A DNA stretch of 34,264 nucleotides. Source: Folioceros fuciformis (Eukaryota). The position numbers and the translations under genes were made by a program. Positions within the stretch are counted from its first letter, which is position 1. Each line of letters starts with the position of its first letter. The notes below the pieces were generated by a model that saw only the letters and a list, made by a program, of their open reading frames with translations, had not been told where the DNA came from and did no database searches. The DNA is taken from assembly GCA_049999805.1 (NCBI GenBank), contig JBNGIO010005982.1:20500-54763 (forward strand), in the 5' to 3' direction. Below, piece after piece: positions 12,301 through 22,636 of this stretch.

Positions 12301-13224
12301 GGGGATCTATCGAGTCCTTGGACGAGGGAAGGTATTGCAGCTTGTGTGGCAGGCCTTCCCCGAGCCTATCCAGGCGTTGTTACCTCTGTAAGGATGTCAT
12401 CATATTCTCGCCTATGACAGACTCTTTGACCTAACATCCTTTTGCTGAACGCATCCTCCACACGTTGAAAGGGTGACCGCATCACGAACTCGTGTCCAGG
12501 TCAGACGACTTGTACCTGGTGGCGTCCCATGGATTGTGTCTCCTGCAGAGGGATCGGGCAGCTGAGATACGGTTTCAGGTGGATTCCTGATTTGCCAGGC
12601 CAACATGCTTTCCTGTTAGGCCCAACATGGTTGCCTCTTTGCGATGCAAGGCTAGTCTTAAGCGTCTCTAGTACTTTACTGATCGCAGGAGGATGTAGAG
12701 CGGGAAGCAGGCGTTGTGCCCGACGGAAATGGGCAAGAACCAGATGCTGACAACCAAGAGCAAAGTCTATCTGTGGAGGTGGAGAATAGTCAAACACAGA
12801 GTCTGCCAGGCTTGCATTGCCTTGCCACCTGCCCTGTACCTTCGTCAGGTAGATCGCAGGGAATAAGAGAACGATTTCTATTGGAGTCCAGTTCTGTCAT
12901 GACACTAAGCCTCGGCGTGTTCTCCTTCACTTCTTTCTGGGTAAACTGTGCAGCTTTCTCCTATCTGCAGCTCTTCGAATGTTTGGCCTAGATGCCCACG
13001 CTCACGTACTGTCAAACAAACCAGACGCCTGGACTGCTGTAATCGTTGCACCAAACGGCGAGGTTATTTCCAGACCCAGCTTTACCATGCGACAGGGCTG
13101 TGTCGGTCATTCAAGACAATCTCATTTGCCAGCCTGCATCAGGTCGGAGTACTCACTGTGGCTGAGCCCCCACTTCAGAAATCACAGAGTGAAGACCATC
13201 CGGCAGCAAGATGAGCATAGGTAG
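6306..13224 (+). CDS. Multi-exon, highly divergent DDB1-like (DDB1/CPSF160/SF3B3 family) beta-propeller protein; 3' end approximate
   Basis: Exon peptides are collinear with DDB1: MLDYRILQTANLVSAVAVGHITS (6306-6407, GT donor); VLDIQGRLSVLGWD (~6747); QTIAPVKDAL...LLVVTGSAPTSKLQR (~8650-8760); IPGLPLLLPFK...DTHLLVSY (~8998-9085); STLAIALFQGDLLVQ (~9262-9306); ATRASVRVLS...AEWTPP (~9395); VSALSIF...ILGLWMTNTVMILSWP (~9761-9868); PIRSLSGATFRDNHYVCAGTADGFLMCY (~9995-10080); LVLLTTDGQLVFGHLD (~10620). C-terminal exons are less certain. Confidence 0.8.
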
Positions 13225-13542
13225 GCTGCATCCACCAAGTTATTACATACCATGTTCAGCTCACATAGGCAGAAACGAGGATACTAAAGCGACTCACACT
13301 CAAACTAGTGCTTCAAGTGAGTGCAGGTTGAATGAGTGCCCCGATTTACAACACCTCGACGGGGAGGACGGACATACACAGCTCAAATGTACAATTGCAG
13401 TACTCAAGACCACAGCACGTGTTCTTCGGAAAGTTACAGGCTACAAACGACTGGGTCTGGGCAGGCATCGAAGAATTTGCTTCTACCTGGGGGCAAGACT
13501 GAAAAAAGCTACAAAATTTGGATTGTCGTCCGGAGGGGAAAA

Positions 13543-14348
13543 CTAGTCAGTCTTAGCCCTAGCCAAGCGGGCTCGATGTCTCAGTTCCGCTCTCTTCCAC
13601 TGCACAATGAGTTGTACAAGCGTGCAAAGACTGTTGATCTGCAAACAAACCAATCCACTAGCAATTAGCCCGACAGGAAAATCTCAACACGCACGCACGC
13701 ACCATATGACTTGCGAATTAGTTACATGCACCCTCACCAGTATCACTGTTGACACCAAAAGCAATGGCCCGGACCACAAAGTCGAAAGAAACACGCCATG
13801 GCGATCGAAGTAAGGCTGTCTCGCGAATCTCTCCCAATTCCTTGCTAATATGGTGTTCAGCCTTTCGGCATACAACACAGAAATCACTGAAACCACACAA
13901 AGCACATGAGATAAGGCACCGACAAACAAGCACCGGGCTGCAAACCGAAATAACACAAAACACGACGTACGTGAAGCAAGGAAAAGGGACGCCTGGATAC
14001 TCATGTTCCGCCTGGTGACTACGGCCAGGAAGAGCATGATGACATGAAACACAAGCACGCCAATCAACCAAGGCTCCTGCGGGCAAGTGACAGCAACATG
14101 CGTGCTCAGAAATGGCTTCCAGCAAGCTACATCATCCGATCACACGAGAGCGCGATCCAATCCGGAAACCTGAAACCACATACCGTCCAGTCCACTGCGT
14201 GATAGAAACCGAGGATTGGCTCCAAAAACTTGTGCCTACTTGCAGATGCGTCCAGCAACTGCTTGCGCACATCTGCAGCGACCTTGTCATAAAGTCCAGC
14301 GAGTTCATCCGCAAAGGCAGCCAGATCCCGTTGCATGTCCATCACCAT
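13543..14348 (-). CDS. TMEM18: Transmembrane protein 18, 4 exons (14348-14184, 14076-13971, 13886-13738, 13638-13543)
   Basis: Spliced product ...FYHAVDWT|EPWLIGVLVFH...|LISVLYAERLNTILARNWERFARQPYFDRHGVFLSTLWSGPLL...|INSLCTLVQLIVQWKRAELRHRARLARAKTD*. All three introns are GT-AG and in phase. Confidence 0.93.
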
Positions 14349-14395
14349 CTTGACGCGCTCCGCTGACTGGCACGTGCGCTCCTTCCGTCAGTGAA

Positions 14396-14409
14396 AAACC
14401 CTAAACCCT
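14396..14409. promoter_or_regulatory. Telo-box (AAACCCTAA) in the short divergent intergenic region between TMEM18 and the RFC3-like gene
   Basis: aaaccctaaaccct about 50 bp upstream of the TMEM18 ATG; telo-boxes are established plant promoter/5'UTR elements. Confidence 0.5.
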
Positions 14410-15011
14410 GACCCCAGAGTTAATGTGTAGTAGAGCTTTCACGGATCTTAACCGAAACAAGTGTCTCGGAATGAACGAACGCCCTATTCTTCGGAAAGTA
14501 AACCGGACCATGTGTCTGGGAACGAAAGCAAGCCCTCCTTCGGAATGTAAATCAAAACGAGTGTCCTCGGTGCTGGGACCTCAACGAGAGCCTGTTGGGG
14601 CGGACTAGCGACAAACTGAAGTAGGCGGCATAAAAATGACCGAGAGGGAGACCATTAGTTCCATGGAGGGAGAGCACGATGAAGCGGCCGAAATGTGGGA
14701 TACGCCAAAATGTGGTCATGGCCTTGTCTCAACACGATCTGTGGAGTGTGAATTCAGCTGGAGAGATGGAATCGGCCCCGAATAGGCCTGGGGATATTCA
14801 AGGATCCCCCCAGAGATCTGGAACTGGGACCCTCCCAGGGCTTGGCAGGATTGGGAGTGTCCTCGTCCGCCCCGCCCTCCGTAGTTGGGCATGACTTCAT
14901 CCGTCCCGGGGGCTAGGCTCCTCCTCCTTTCATCATGCCGCCCGTCACTCGCATTGCTGTTTCGGTGGAGAAAGGGGTGCAGTTGCTGCCGACGCCCGCC
15001 AGGCTTGGGCG

Positions 15012-17698
15012 ATGCCGAACAAGGCAGAGGTCCGCACTCCCAACTTGTCTGGGGACGTGCAGAGCAGGCGGCAGCTGCAGCTGCAGGAGGGCTCTAGCTC
15101 CAGGTCGAGCACCTGCAATAGCGTCGGGTCCAGTCCTGGCACTTGGTCCTCGTCCAGCACTTGGTGGGTTGGGGGTGGCGACAAGGCGGGCAATACTCCC
15201 AGCCGCTGGCCGGGTAATACTCCCAGCCGCTGGCCGGGTAATACTCCCAGCCGCTGGCCGGGGAATACTCCCAGCCGCTGGCCAGGGAATACTCCCAGCC
15301 GTTGGGATGGAAACTCTCCCGCCCCGTCCCGGCCATCTGTGTCCAAGTCCGGCCCCCTTGTCGGGCCCCTTGTGAGGTCGGAGTCTCTGGACAGACCTGC
15401 AACTCTGAAAATGAGGTATCGGAGGGACGACTGTGGAGTTTCCCCGGAATCGACGAAGGGTTCTACTCCTAGGAATGGAGATGCCGTGCTCGGATCGTTC
15501 TGGAAGAATTGTCAGCTTGCTTGCCTCCCTCGAATCACGGGTGGGGGAGGTCACAACAAGTCTTTGCAGAATGGCTCCCGCTCGCTCACCATCAAGAACT
15601 CGTCATTTAAGGACGGAGTGAGAATGTTGTGGGCAGACAAATACCGACCCATGACGCTTGACTCGTTCGACATCCATTATGACTTGGCAGTGCACCTTAG
15701 GCACCTGGTTGAGCCCCTTGAATTCCAATTTTCAATGCACGGTGAAGCAGGCTTGTGACTTGGACGGGGCCCTGAAATTGAGTTGTTGCAATCCACGCAG
15801 ACGTCCCAAGGCATCTGCCCTCATTTGTTGTTTCAAGGTCCTCCAGGATCAGGGAAAAGGTCTCTGGCCTCCGCCACCATCCGAGGGGTTTTCGGTTTAA
15901 CTTCCTGCAAGGTGGGATTTGCATTGCTGCAAGTGAAGTGAAACCGGTTATCGTGTCGTGCCCGTCATGCAGCTTTTGGGTTGGCATTTTATGCTTGAAC
16001 GCATTGTCAAGCAGCAGCTCTCAATCGGTTTGATCGATATTGCAGGTCAACAATGAGACCAGAAGGTTTCGAAAGCGGGTAAAACGCTCTGGCCTGAATA
16101 TTCAATGCCTTACCTTTTCTGCCAGACGCGGTCTGTCTCACGCTTGCGAAATGTCATTGTGACATGTCATGCAGGATGATGCAACGTACACGGTTCTCGT
16201 TCCAATTTACTCAAGCTCCCGCCATGTGGAGGTGAATTTGAGGAATGTGGGTGGTCTGGATTATGAGGTTTTGACAACGATAGCAAGGGAAATGACTGCT
16301 ATATCTGAACTCGTTCAAAGTGCTCCGGATGATGACTTGCAGGTTCCTTATTTTAAAGGTGATGTAGACAACTTCATGGTTTGTGTGTCTATGGGGGCAC
16401 TTGGGTGTCTGCAGTGAAGCTGATGGAAGCGTTTATGCTGTCTACAGTTCTGCTGTTGCTGAATGCGCAAATCTTGTCAGCGGATGCTTGGCAGTACATC
16501 TGCCGGACCATGGAAAAAGTGGACTCCCTGAAGTTCATTCTCTGCTGCGATGGGCATGTGAGATGGATGAGTGATGCTTTCGCAAAAAGTCCTCGTCAGG
16601 TCATAACTGTACGAGCCCCTAGCACAGAGGAGGTGAGTTGATGGATCAACATTGTTCATAGTTGACTTGTTCCTTCCACTGAGGAATTTCTAAGTCGTCT
16701 GTGCTTCCACGCAGGTCGTCAAGGTGTTGAAAAAGACTGTGCAGAAGGAGAATCTGAGTGTGCCTGAATTTTTGGCCTTGCGGATTGCAAGGCAGTCAAA
16801 CCATAATATGCGGAAAGCATTGGTGGCGTTAGAAGCATGTCATGGATATCAGTGAGTGTCATCCTGTCGGACACTCGACAGGCCTTCCTGGACTCACTTC
16901 CCACTGTTCTTGGAATATGCCTTATGGTCCATTCTTCACTTATACATGTTTCATGGCAGGTATCCTTTGATGAATGACCAGGCAATTTATGTTGACTGGG
17001 AGGAAGATATTGTACAGGTTGCATATGAGATATTGTCCGAGCAGACGCCGAGGAGGTAATGATCCCCTTGCGACATGAGTTTTCGGTGTTGATCTCTCAC
17101 CTGGGGCACGGTCCTACGCTGACGATCGGATGTAGAAGTTGCTTGTCGTGTGCGGGCTGATTTCATGATTGTGTATTGTTGCTTTCAGACTTCATCAGGC
17201 TCGAGGAAAGCTTCAGCTTCTCCTTGCAAACTGCATACCTCCCACCCTCATTCTCCAGGTTCAGTTGATTTCTGAAACCTCAAGCGGAACTGAGTAGTGG
17301 CAACGAAGGATTCTTCCGACTGACATCAAATGTTTCTCTTTTCACAACAACCAGAGGCTTGTTGAAGAGGTGATACGTATAATGGGGGCGCAACTAAGGA
17401 GGGAGGTGTGCTATTGGGCAGCAATTTACGTACGTATGCAGCACGAGGGCCCAAACATGGAGAGTGAAATAGCCAAGTGCTAACAAGCTTTGCCTTTCAT
17501 GACGCGCAGGAGCAGCGGATGCCCTCAGGAGTAAACGCGATTTTCAAACTTGAAGGTGAGCATCTTGTCTTCGTTCACAGACCGACATCCTGTGCATGGT
17601 GGGAGGATGAGCACATTTTCACTCTGTTGTGTGGTGCAGAGTTTGTGGCCAGATTCATGAGCATCTACAAGGCCAATTTTGTGAGACCTCTGCCATGA
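15012..17698 (+). CDS. Divergent replication factor C subunit 3-like AAA+ protein with a ~200-aa low-complexity N-terminal extension; 11 exons
   Basis: Exons 15012-15707, 15801-15911, 16046-16078, 16175-16358, 16448-16632, 16715-16851, 16960-17055, 17189-17258, 17355-17429, 17510-17555, 17640-17698, all GT-AG. Motifs: LWADKYRP, CPHLLFQGPPGSGK (P-loop), SSRHVEVN, NMRKALVALEA, DWEEDI, LLANCIPP, AIFKLEEFVARFMSIY. Start codon uncertain. Confidence 0.88.
15187..15312 (+). repeat. 24-bp coding tandem repeat (5 copies) encoding GNTPSRW(P/D)
   Basis: ggNaatactcccagccgctggcc units, in frame within the RFC3-like exon 1. Confidence 0.92.
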
Positions 17699-18295
17699 GC
17701 TCCCAGAGGAGCCGTTCCCGCTCAGGACCTGGAAGCGTGTTTTGTGACGAGCGTTAGCGGCCTGTTGTGCATATATGTATGTAGTAGTCTCATGAGTGTC
17801 TCTGCTCCCTACTGGTCGCGATTGTTTGAACTCTGGACCTTGTGTACAGCGTATTCCATGCCCCGTTTATGTGGCCCTGCTTTAATGCAGTATTATTATC
17901 CCCGCGGCCTATCCATCTCCAATGAGTAGTAGTCAGCCATTCTCGGCGGGAAGCTGACAGCCTTACTGGCGGCCATTCGTGCGGAGCAAGTGCCTCGGCC
18001 ATTGTCGCGGACTGAACGTATGGCAAAGCATCCACTAACATGGTCCCGGATCGGGACTCGGGAGCTCCAAAGTAGACGTTATGGGTTTTCACGGGCGGGA
18101 TAGCGGGCATATGAAGGGCGATAGGTCTGGGGTTGGGAGACGACGTATGGGTGGCTCTGCCCGTGTGGGCTGCGCTAGTCTGTTTTGCTGGCTTCCCTTC
18201 TCTTGTACTCGCAATCGCTGAGGTGGTCAACGACAGTTGCAGACAGATTATGGCAGCTCGGGAATTGGCCAATCCATTATGGGTCGGGGGTTCGC

Positions 18296-18833
18296 AAGGG
18301 TTAGGGTTTGGTAGTGTTTTCGATGGTGTTTCAGATGCAGGGGTTAGGGTTTTGTAGTGTTTCAGATGCAGGGGTTAGGGTTTGATAGTGTTTCACATGC
18401 AGGGGTTAGGGTTTGGTAGTGTTTCACATGCAGGGTTAGGATTTGGTAGTGTTTCACATGCAGGGTTAAGATTTGGTAGTGTTTCAAATACAGGGGTTAG
18501 GGTTTGGTAGTGTTTCAAATGCAGGGGTTAGGGTTTGGTAGTGTTTCAAATGCAAGGGTTAGGGTTTGATAGTGTTTCAAATGCAGGGGTTAGGGTTTGG
18601 TAGTGTTTCAAATGCAAGGGGTTAGGGTTTGGTAGTGTTTCAAATGTAGGGGTTAGGGTTTGGTAGTGTTTCAAATGCAAGGGGTTAGGGTTTGGTAGTG
18701 TTTCAAATGCAGGGGTTAGGGTTTGGTAGTGTTTCAAATGCAAGGCTTAGGGTTTGGTAGTGTTTCAATGCAGGGGTTAGGGTTTGGTAGTGTTTCAAAT
18801 GCAGAGGTTAGAGTTTGGTAGTGTTTTAAATGC
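18296..18833. repeat. ~31-bp minisatellite (~17 copies) containing a telomere-like GGGTTAGGGTTT core
   Basis: Unit tgcaggggttagggtttggtagtgtttcaaa repeated with 1-nt indels. Confidence 0.93.
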
Positions 18834-18857
18834 ACCGATTAACACCGCCATGAGGGG

Positions 18858-19000
18858 TCATTTACGGTTTTGGGTTTAGGTCTAGTCCATGATGCGCACA
18901 TCCCCCTCATTTACAGTTTTGGGTTTAGGTCTAGTCCATGATGTGCACATCCTCCTCATTTACGCTTTTGGGTTTAGGTCTAGTCCATGATGTGCACATC
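18858..19000. repeat. 49-bp tandem repeat (3 copies) containing GGGTTTAGG
   Basis: tcatttac..ttttgggtttaggtctagtccatgatg(c/t)gcacatc at 18858, 18907 and 18956. Confidence 0.9.
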
Positions 19001-19200
19001 GACACACTTACAACAGCAACATGGTTCCTTTATACAGCTACCCTATTCAATCCAGCGTGCATCCACTTAAAAACAGGATCCTATATTCCTAAGGAACTAG
19101 CCTCGTATGGTCTTTCGTGCAAAACTGCCAACACAAACTTTCTACTTCAGGTGCTTCTCAAAATCCACTTCATGCATGGAAACAACTATGACGGGAGAGT

Positions 19201-19382
19201 GGGGATATGTTCAGTGCCTTAGGGGCATGTGTGTTGTGGGGTGAGACNNNNNNNNNNGGGTGAGACCCTATGTAGCTTTGCTGTGAAATAAATAGCTCTC
19301 ACAGAGGAGAGGGGATATGTTCAGTGCCTTAGGGGCGTGTGTGTTGTGGGGTGAGACCCATATAGCTTTGCTGTGAAATAAA
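19201..19382. repeat. Direct repeat (2 copies, starts ~110 bp apart), first copy interrupted by a 10-N gap
   Basis: ggggatatgttcagtgccttagggg...ggggtgagaccc...tagctttgctgtgaaataaa at 19201 and 19311. Confidence 0.75.
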
Positions 19383-19612
19383 GGTGGGCATTTCATTCTC
19401 TATTATCATTTGTTTGTCCCCCTTGTCTTCCTCACATCCATGTGATTGCATAGCAAGGAAGGCAAGAAGGGACGTCCTCTTCAAGAGGTTCTCAAAAATG
19501 AAATCTGGAGTGGCAAAAACTCAAAAATGAAATCGAGGCCGGTTAGGGGTGTGCATGGAGGCGAGAGAGATGTGTGCACAACATACAACATGGTGAACGC
19601 TGAGTTCCGCTA

Positions 19613-19771
19613 TAAACCTTGCATATGGAGGATGGATGCTAAACCCTGGATACTGAACCCACAAGCCCTAAACCTTGCATATGGAGGATGGATGCTAAAC
19701 CCTGGATACTGAACCCACAAGCCCTAAACCTTGCATATGGAGGATGGATGCTAAACCCTGGATACTGAACC
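19613..19771. repeat. 56-bp tandem repeat (about 3 copies, truncated by the 100-N gap) with TAAACCCT/CCCTAAACC motifs
   Basis: taaaccttgcatatggaggatggatgctaaaccctggatactgaacccacaagccc at 19613, 19669 and 19725. Confidence 0.92.
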
Positions 19772-20238
19772 NNNNNNNNNNNNNNNNNNNNNNNNNNNNN
19801 NNNNNNNNNNNNNNNNNNNNNNNNNNNNNNNNNNNNNNNNNNNNNNNNNNNNNNNNNNNNNNNNNNNNNNNTTGTGAGTGGAGAGAGACGCATCCAAAAG
19901 TTTGGACCATATACGACCGTACAAAACTTTGCGTGAAAGCCAGCCTAACCGTATCGGTGTTCCATAAGCCATAGATATATACATACATATATAAGTCTGG
20001 GTTAGGGATGGGAATAGTTGAAATATTTTATATTAAATAAATACATAACTATAAATATTACTTGGATTAATAATTAGATGGGATGCTTGAAGGGAAAGGG
20101 AAGGGGAAGCATAGTGTCGGCTTGGTGCCAGTACTTTGACAAGGAGTATGCCGTGGTACAAGATGGGTTCGATTTGTCTTTTGTGGACTTCAATCAAATC
20201 CTCCTTCTATTGCAATAAGCTTCTCTAGTATTCTTCAC

Positions 20239-21302
20239 GGCTAGCCATAAAAATCAGGTGGCCAGGTTTGGGCCCCACTGATCTGTCACTGTTCTTATAC
20301 GAGTGTGCTTGCAAAGGTTGCCACATAACATGTGACCATCATACATACACCATATACAGTATAGGCTTGACCGGCTACCGGTTGTGTCTGCCACCGGGTT
20401 GTAAGAATATGGTTTAGGTACTAAAACCCTCATTTCAAATCGTGGTTTGCTTACACTACGGTGCACGAAATTGGCGCCAAATTCGTGCTCCTTCGATGGA
20501 CAACGGTGATCCTAGCTAACCTCGCTTACCACCAAATGATGCGCCCCGTACTACTTACTACCAAATAATCGTATAATACCTGTCATGGATTTTGACTTGC
20601 CAAGGGATTGTCCATTCTCGATAGAAGTACCATGTCCTAGTTCATTTCGAGAATGGCAGCTCACTTGGCAAAAGTTGCTGTACAAACATTCTTTAGCTCT
20701 AGAACGCATAAAGGAGGCTAGAATCGCCCATATTCCTTGGGAAAGAGTGCAAGATTTTGTGGCAGGAATGGATAGCCAGCATGAAGCACCGAAAAATTTT
20801 ACTCGTGTTTGGACAAAAAGGCCTAGCCAATTACCACAACCAAGCCAGCCAAAAATAGATTCTCCGATCACTGTAGTCAGGTACATTGGTTTCAAATTGC
20901 TTCTTTCAATTTGTTTTCAAATGTCACATGATGCTGTCACAACCTCACTTTTCATAGTGGTAGAGTTTGCTCCACTACACTTTATTCTTATCAAATCATA
21001 TACCAAACTGTTTGCCTTAGTGAGCCGAATCTAACCATATGGTATGTGTCCAATGTTGAGCACATTTGAGTAGAATGCTGCAAGAAAAGGTTTTCTTCAC
21101 ATCCTGACTTTGGGTGTTCAATTCTTTGTCCAGCCTTCACTAATTGTTGCATGCTATATACCATTCTGTTTCGCTCACCAACACAAACAGAATGACTTGT
21201 TTTTTGTGCATTTTGGAGCACATTTGAGTACGCTGCAGCAAGAAAAGGTTTTCTTCATATCCTGAATTTGGGTGTTCAGTTCTTTCTCCAATCTTCACTA
21301 AT
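20239..21302 (+). mobile_element. 5' part of a Mutator-like (MULE) element: putative TIR, first coding exon (20585-20880) and intronic ~170-bp repeats; interrupted by a copia LTR
   Basis: The 45 bp at 20239 match 30355 at 41/45 positions (start GGCTAGCC). The exon peptide LTWQK...RIAHIPWERVQDFVAG...PKNF resembles, from memory, the N-terminus of plant SWIM/MULE-derived proteins (At4g13970 type, RLALIPYTRVDDFVRG). GT donor at 20881. Confidence 0.65.
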
Positions 21303-21813
21303 TGTAAGTAGACAGCCTACCCCATTGCCATAGGTGGGGTGTCTGCTGTATAAGTACCTTCCCTACCTACGTAGGTGTCTTCCCTTTTCCTCACGTAGGT
21401 ACTCTCTCTACGTATCTAGGTAGACATCCTACTACATAGGTATCTTCTTATCCTAACCTACTAGAATAGAACTAAAAAAATCCATAAAAACCTTCACCAG
21501 CTGCTCACTACCTACCATGGGCACTTGCCCAGAAACCTACCTTCCACATGCCCCCCTTCGAACTGTTCTGAACAATATCTAGGTTAGGGCACTATTCATT
21601 AGGGCGCCTCACTTAAACATTATTATATATCTAGGGCATTAAGTAGTTACTTAATTAGTTTCTCTAGGTAGTTAGTTGTTATATTAATTACAACCAACTA
21701 ACAGTTATAACAACTTATGGTTATAACTACCTAACCACCTAACCACCTTGCTTATAAATAGGCTTTGTACTTTCTATTATATATTGTAATAGAGCTTAGC
21801 ATGATTTTCATCA
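21303..21813 (+). mobile_element. 5' LTR of a Ty1/copia retrotransposon
   Basis: Begins TGTAAG exactly where the MULE-associated repeat breaks off; TATAAATAGG near 21753; ends ...CA immediately before the PBS. Confidence 0.8.
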
Positions 21814-21824
21814 TGGTATCAGAG
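21814..21824 (+). promoter_or_regulatory. Primer binding site complementary to tRNA-iMet
   Basis: TGGTATCAGAG, the canonical plant LTR retrotransposon PBS. Confidence 0.88.
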
Positions 21825-22636
21825 TAGCTTTGCTCTTGATGCTAGAACTACTTTCCTATTTCCTCCTAAGGCATTCATTCTCCTATGCTTCCTTTCCAAT
21901 TAGATTTTTAAATGGAACTTCTATGCGCTGGAGATCTCGCTTTTGGCAGCTCCATGATGTTTTTGGCAGCAAATGGATCAAATTGTACATCCTTAAAGCA
22001 TCATGCTTTAAGGATGCACAATTTGTGCATCAAATCCTTGCCCTTGCACCATGGATTCTCCAAATCCCATTAAACAAGGAGTTTGGAGAAATATCAACGC
22101 TGCAAGGCAAGAGAAGCGAGAGAAGGACCACAAAAACAACAAAGTGCATGGCTGTGAAGAGCTTGAAGACGTCTCTAAACAAGTTGCTAATTTCATTGGA
22201 TCTATTTTGATTAAGTCACCAGATCAAGGAAATTTAATTAGACTTACTAGACGAGATCTACTTACCTCTTTTGATTTGTTGCAAGTTTGTGCAATCCAAT
22301 TAGCTCTTCAACATATTCCTAACTTGGTTGCTGGCCCTTCATTTCCCGGCTTGAAACTCTTGGTTGCATAAAGAGTAACATTAGACTTACCTAAAAATCC
22401 AATCATTCTAATTTTGCCTTTTTGCAACAAGAAATTAGCAATATTCGGGATCATCTAGATAGGCTTCTTCCCAAAGGAGATTCTGATTTTGATGATAAGA
22501 TAGATACTCCAGTAAATATAGCTGGCCAAGCCGAGATGATCTGCTCCAAATACGCATGTCCTTTCTCCGCTCGCGGTGATCGGAAATCAAGTGCGCCTAT
22601 CGGACAAATTAATCATCTATTTTGAACTCACTTGCG

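Noticed and set aside
14913-15554. Alternative-frame and antisense ORFs over the 24-bp repeat
   Set aside because: By-products of a GC-rich repeat; only the 15012 frame runs into the RFC3 LWADKYRP motif.
17790-18272. 160-aa minus-strand ORF
   Set aside because: Non-ATG start in the track, no recognisable family, and it overlaps the likely RFC3-like 3' UTR and the satellite flank.
18546-18743. ORF with LHLKHYQTLTP repeats, and similar ORFs at 19446-19988, 25059-25370 and 31479-31796
   Set aside because: Translations of tandem repeats or of sequence spanning N gaps.
18296-18833. True telomere or chromosome end
   Set aside because: The telomere-like motif is embedded in a 31-bp unit rather than a pure TTTAGGG array, and the region is internal.
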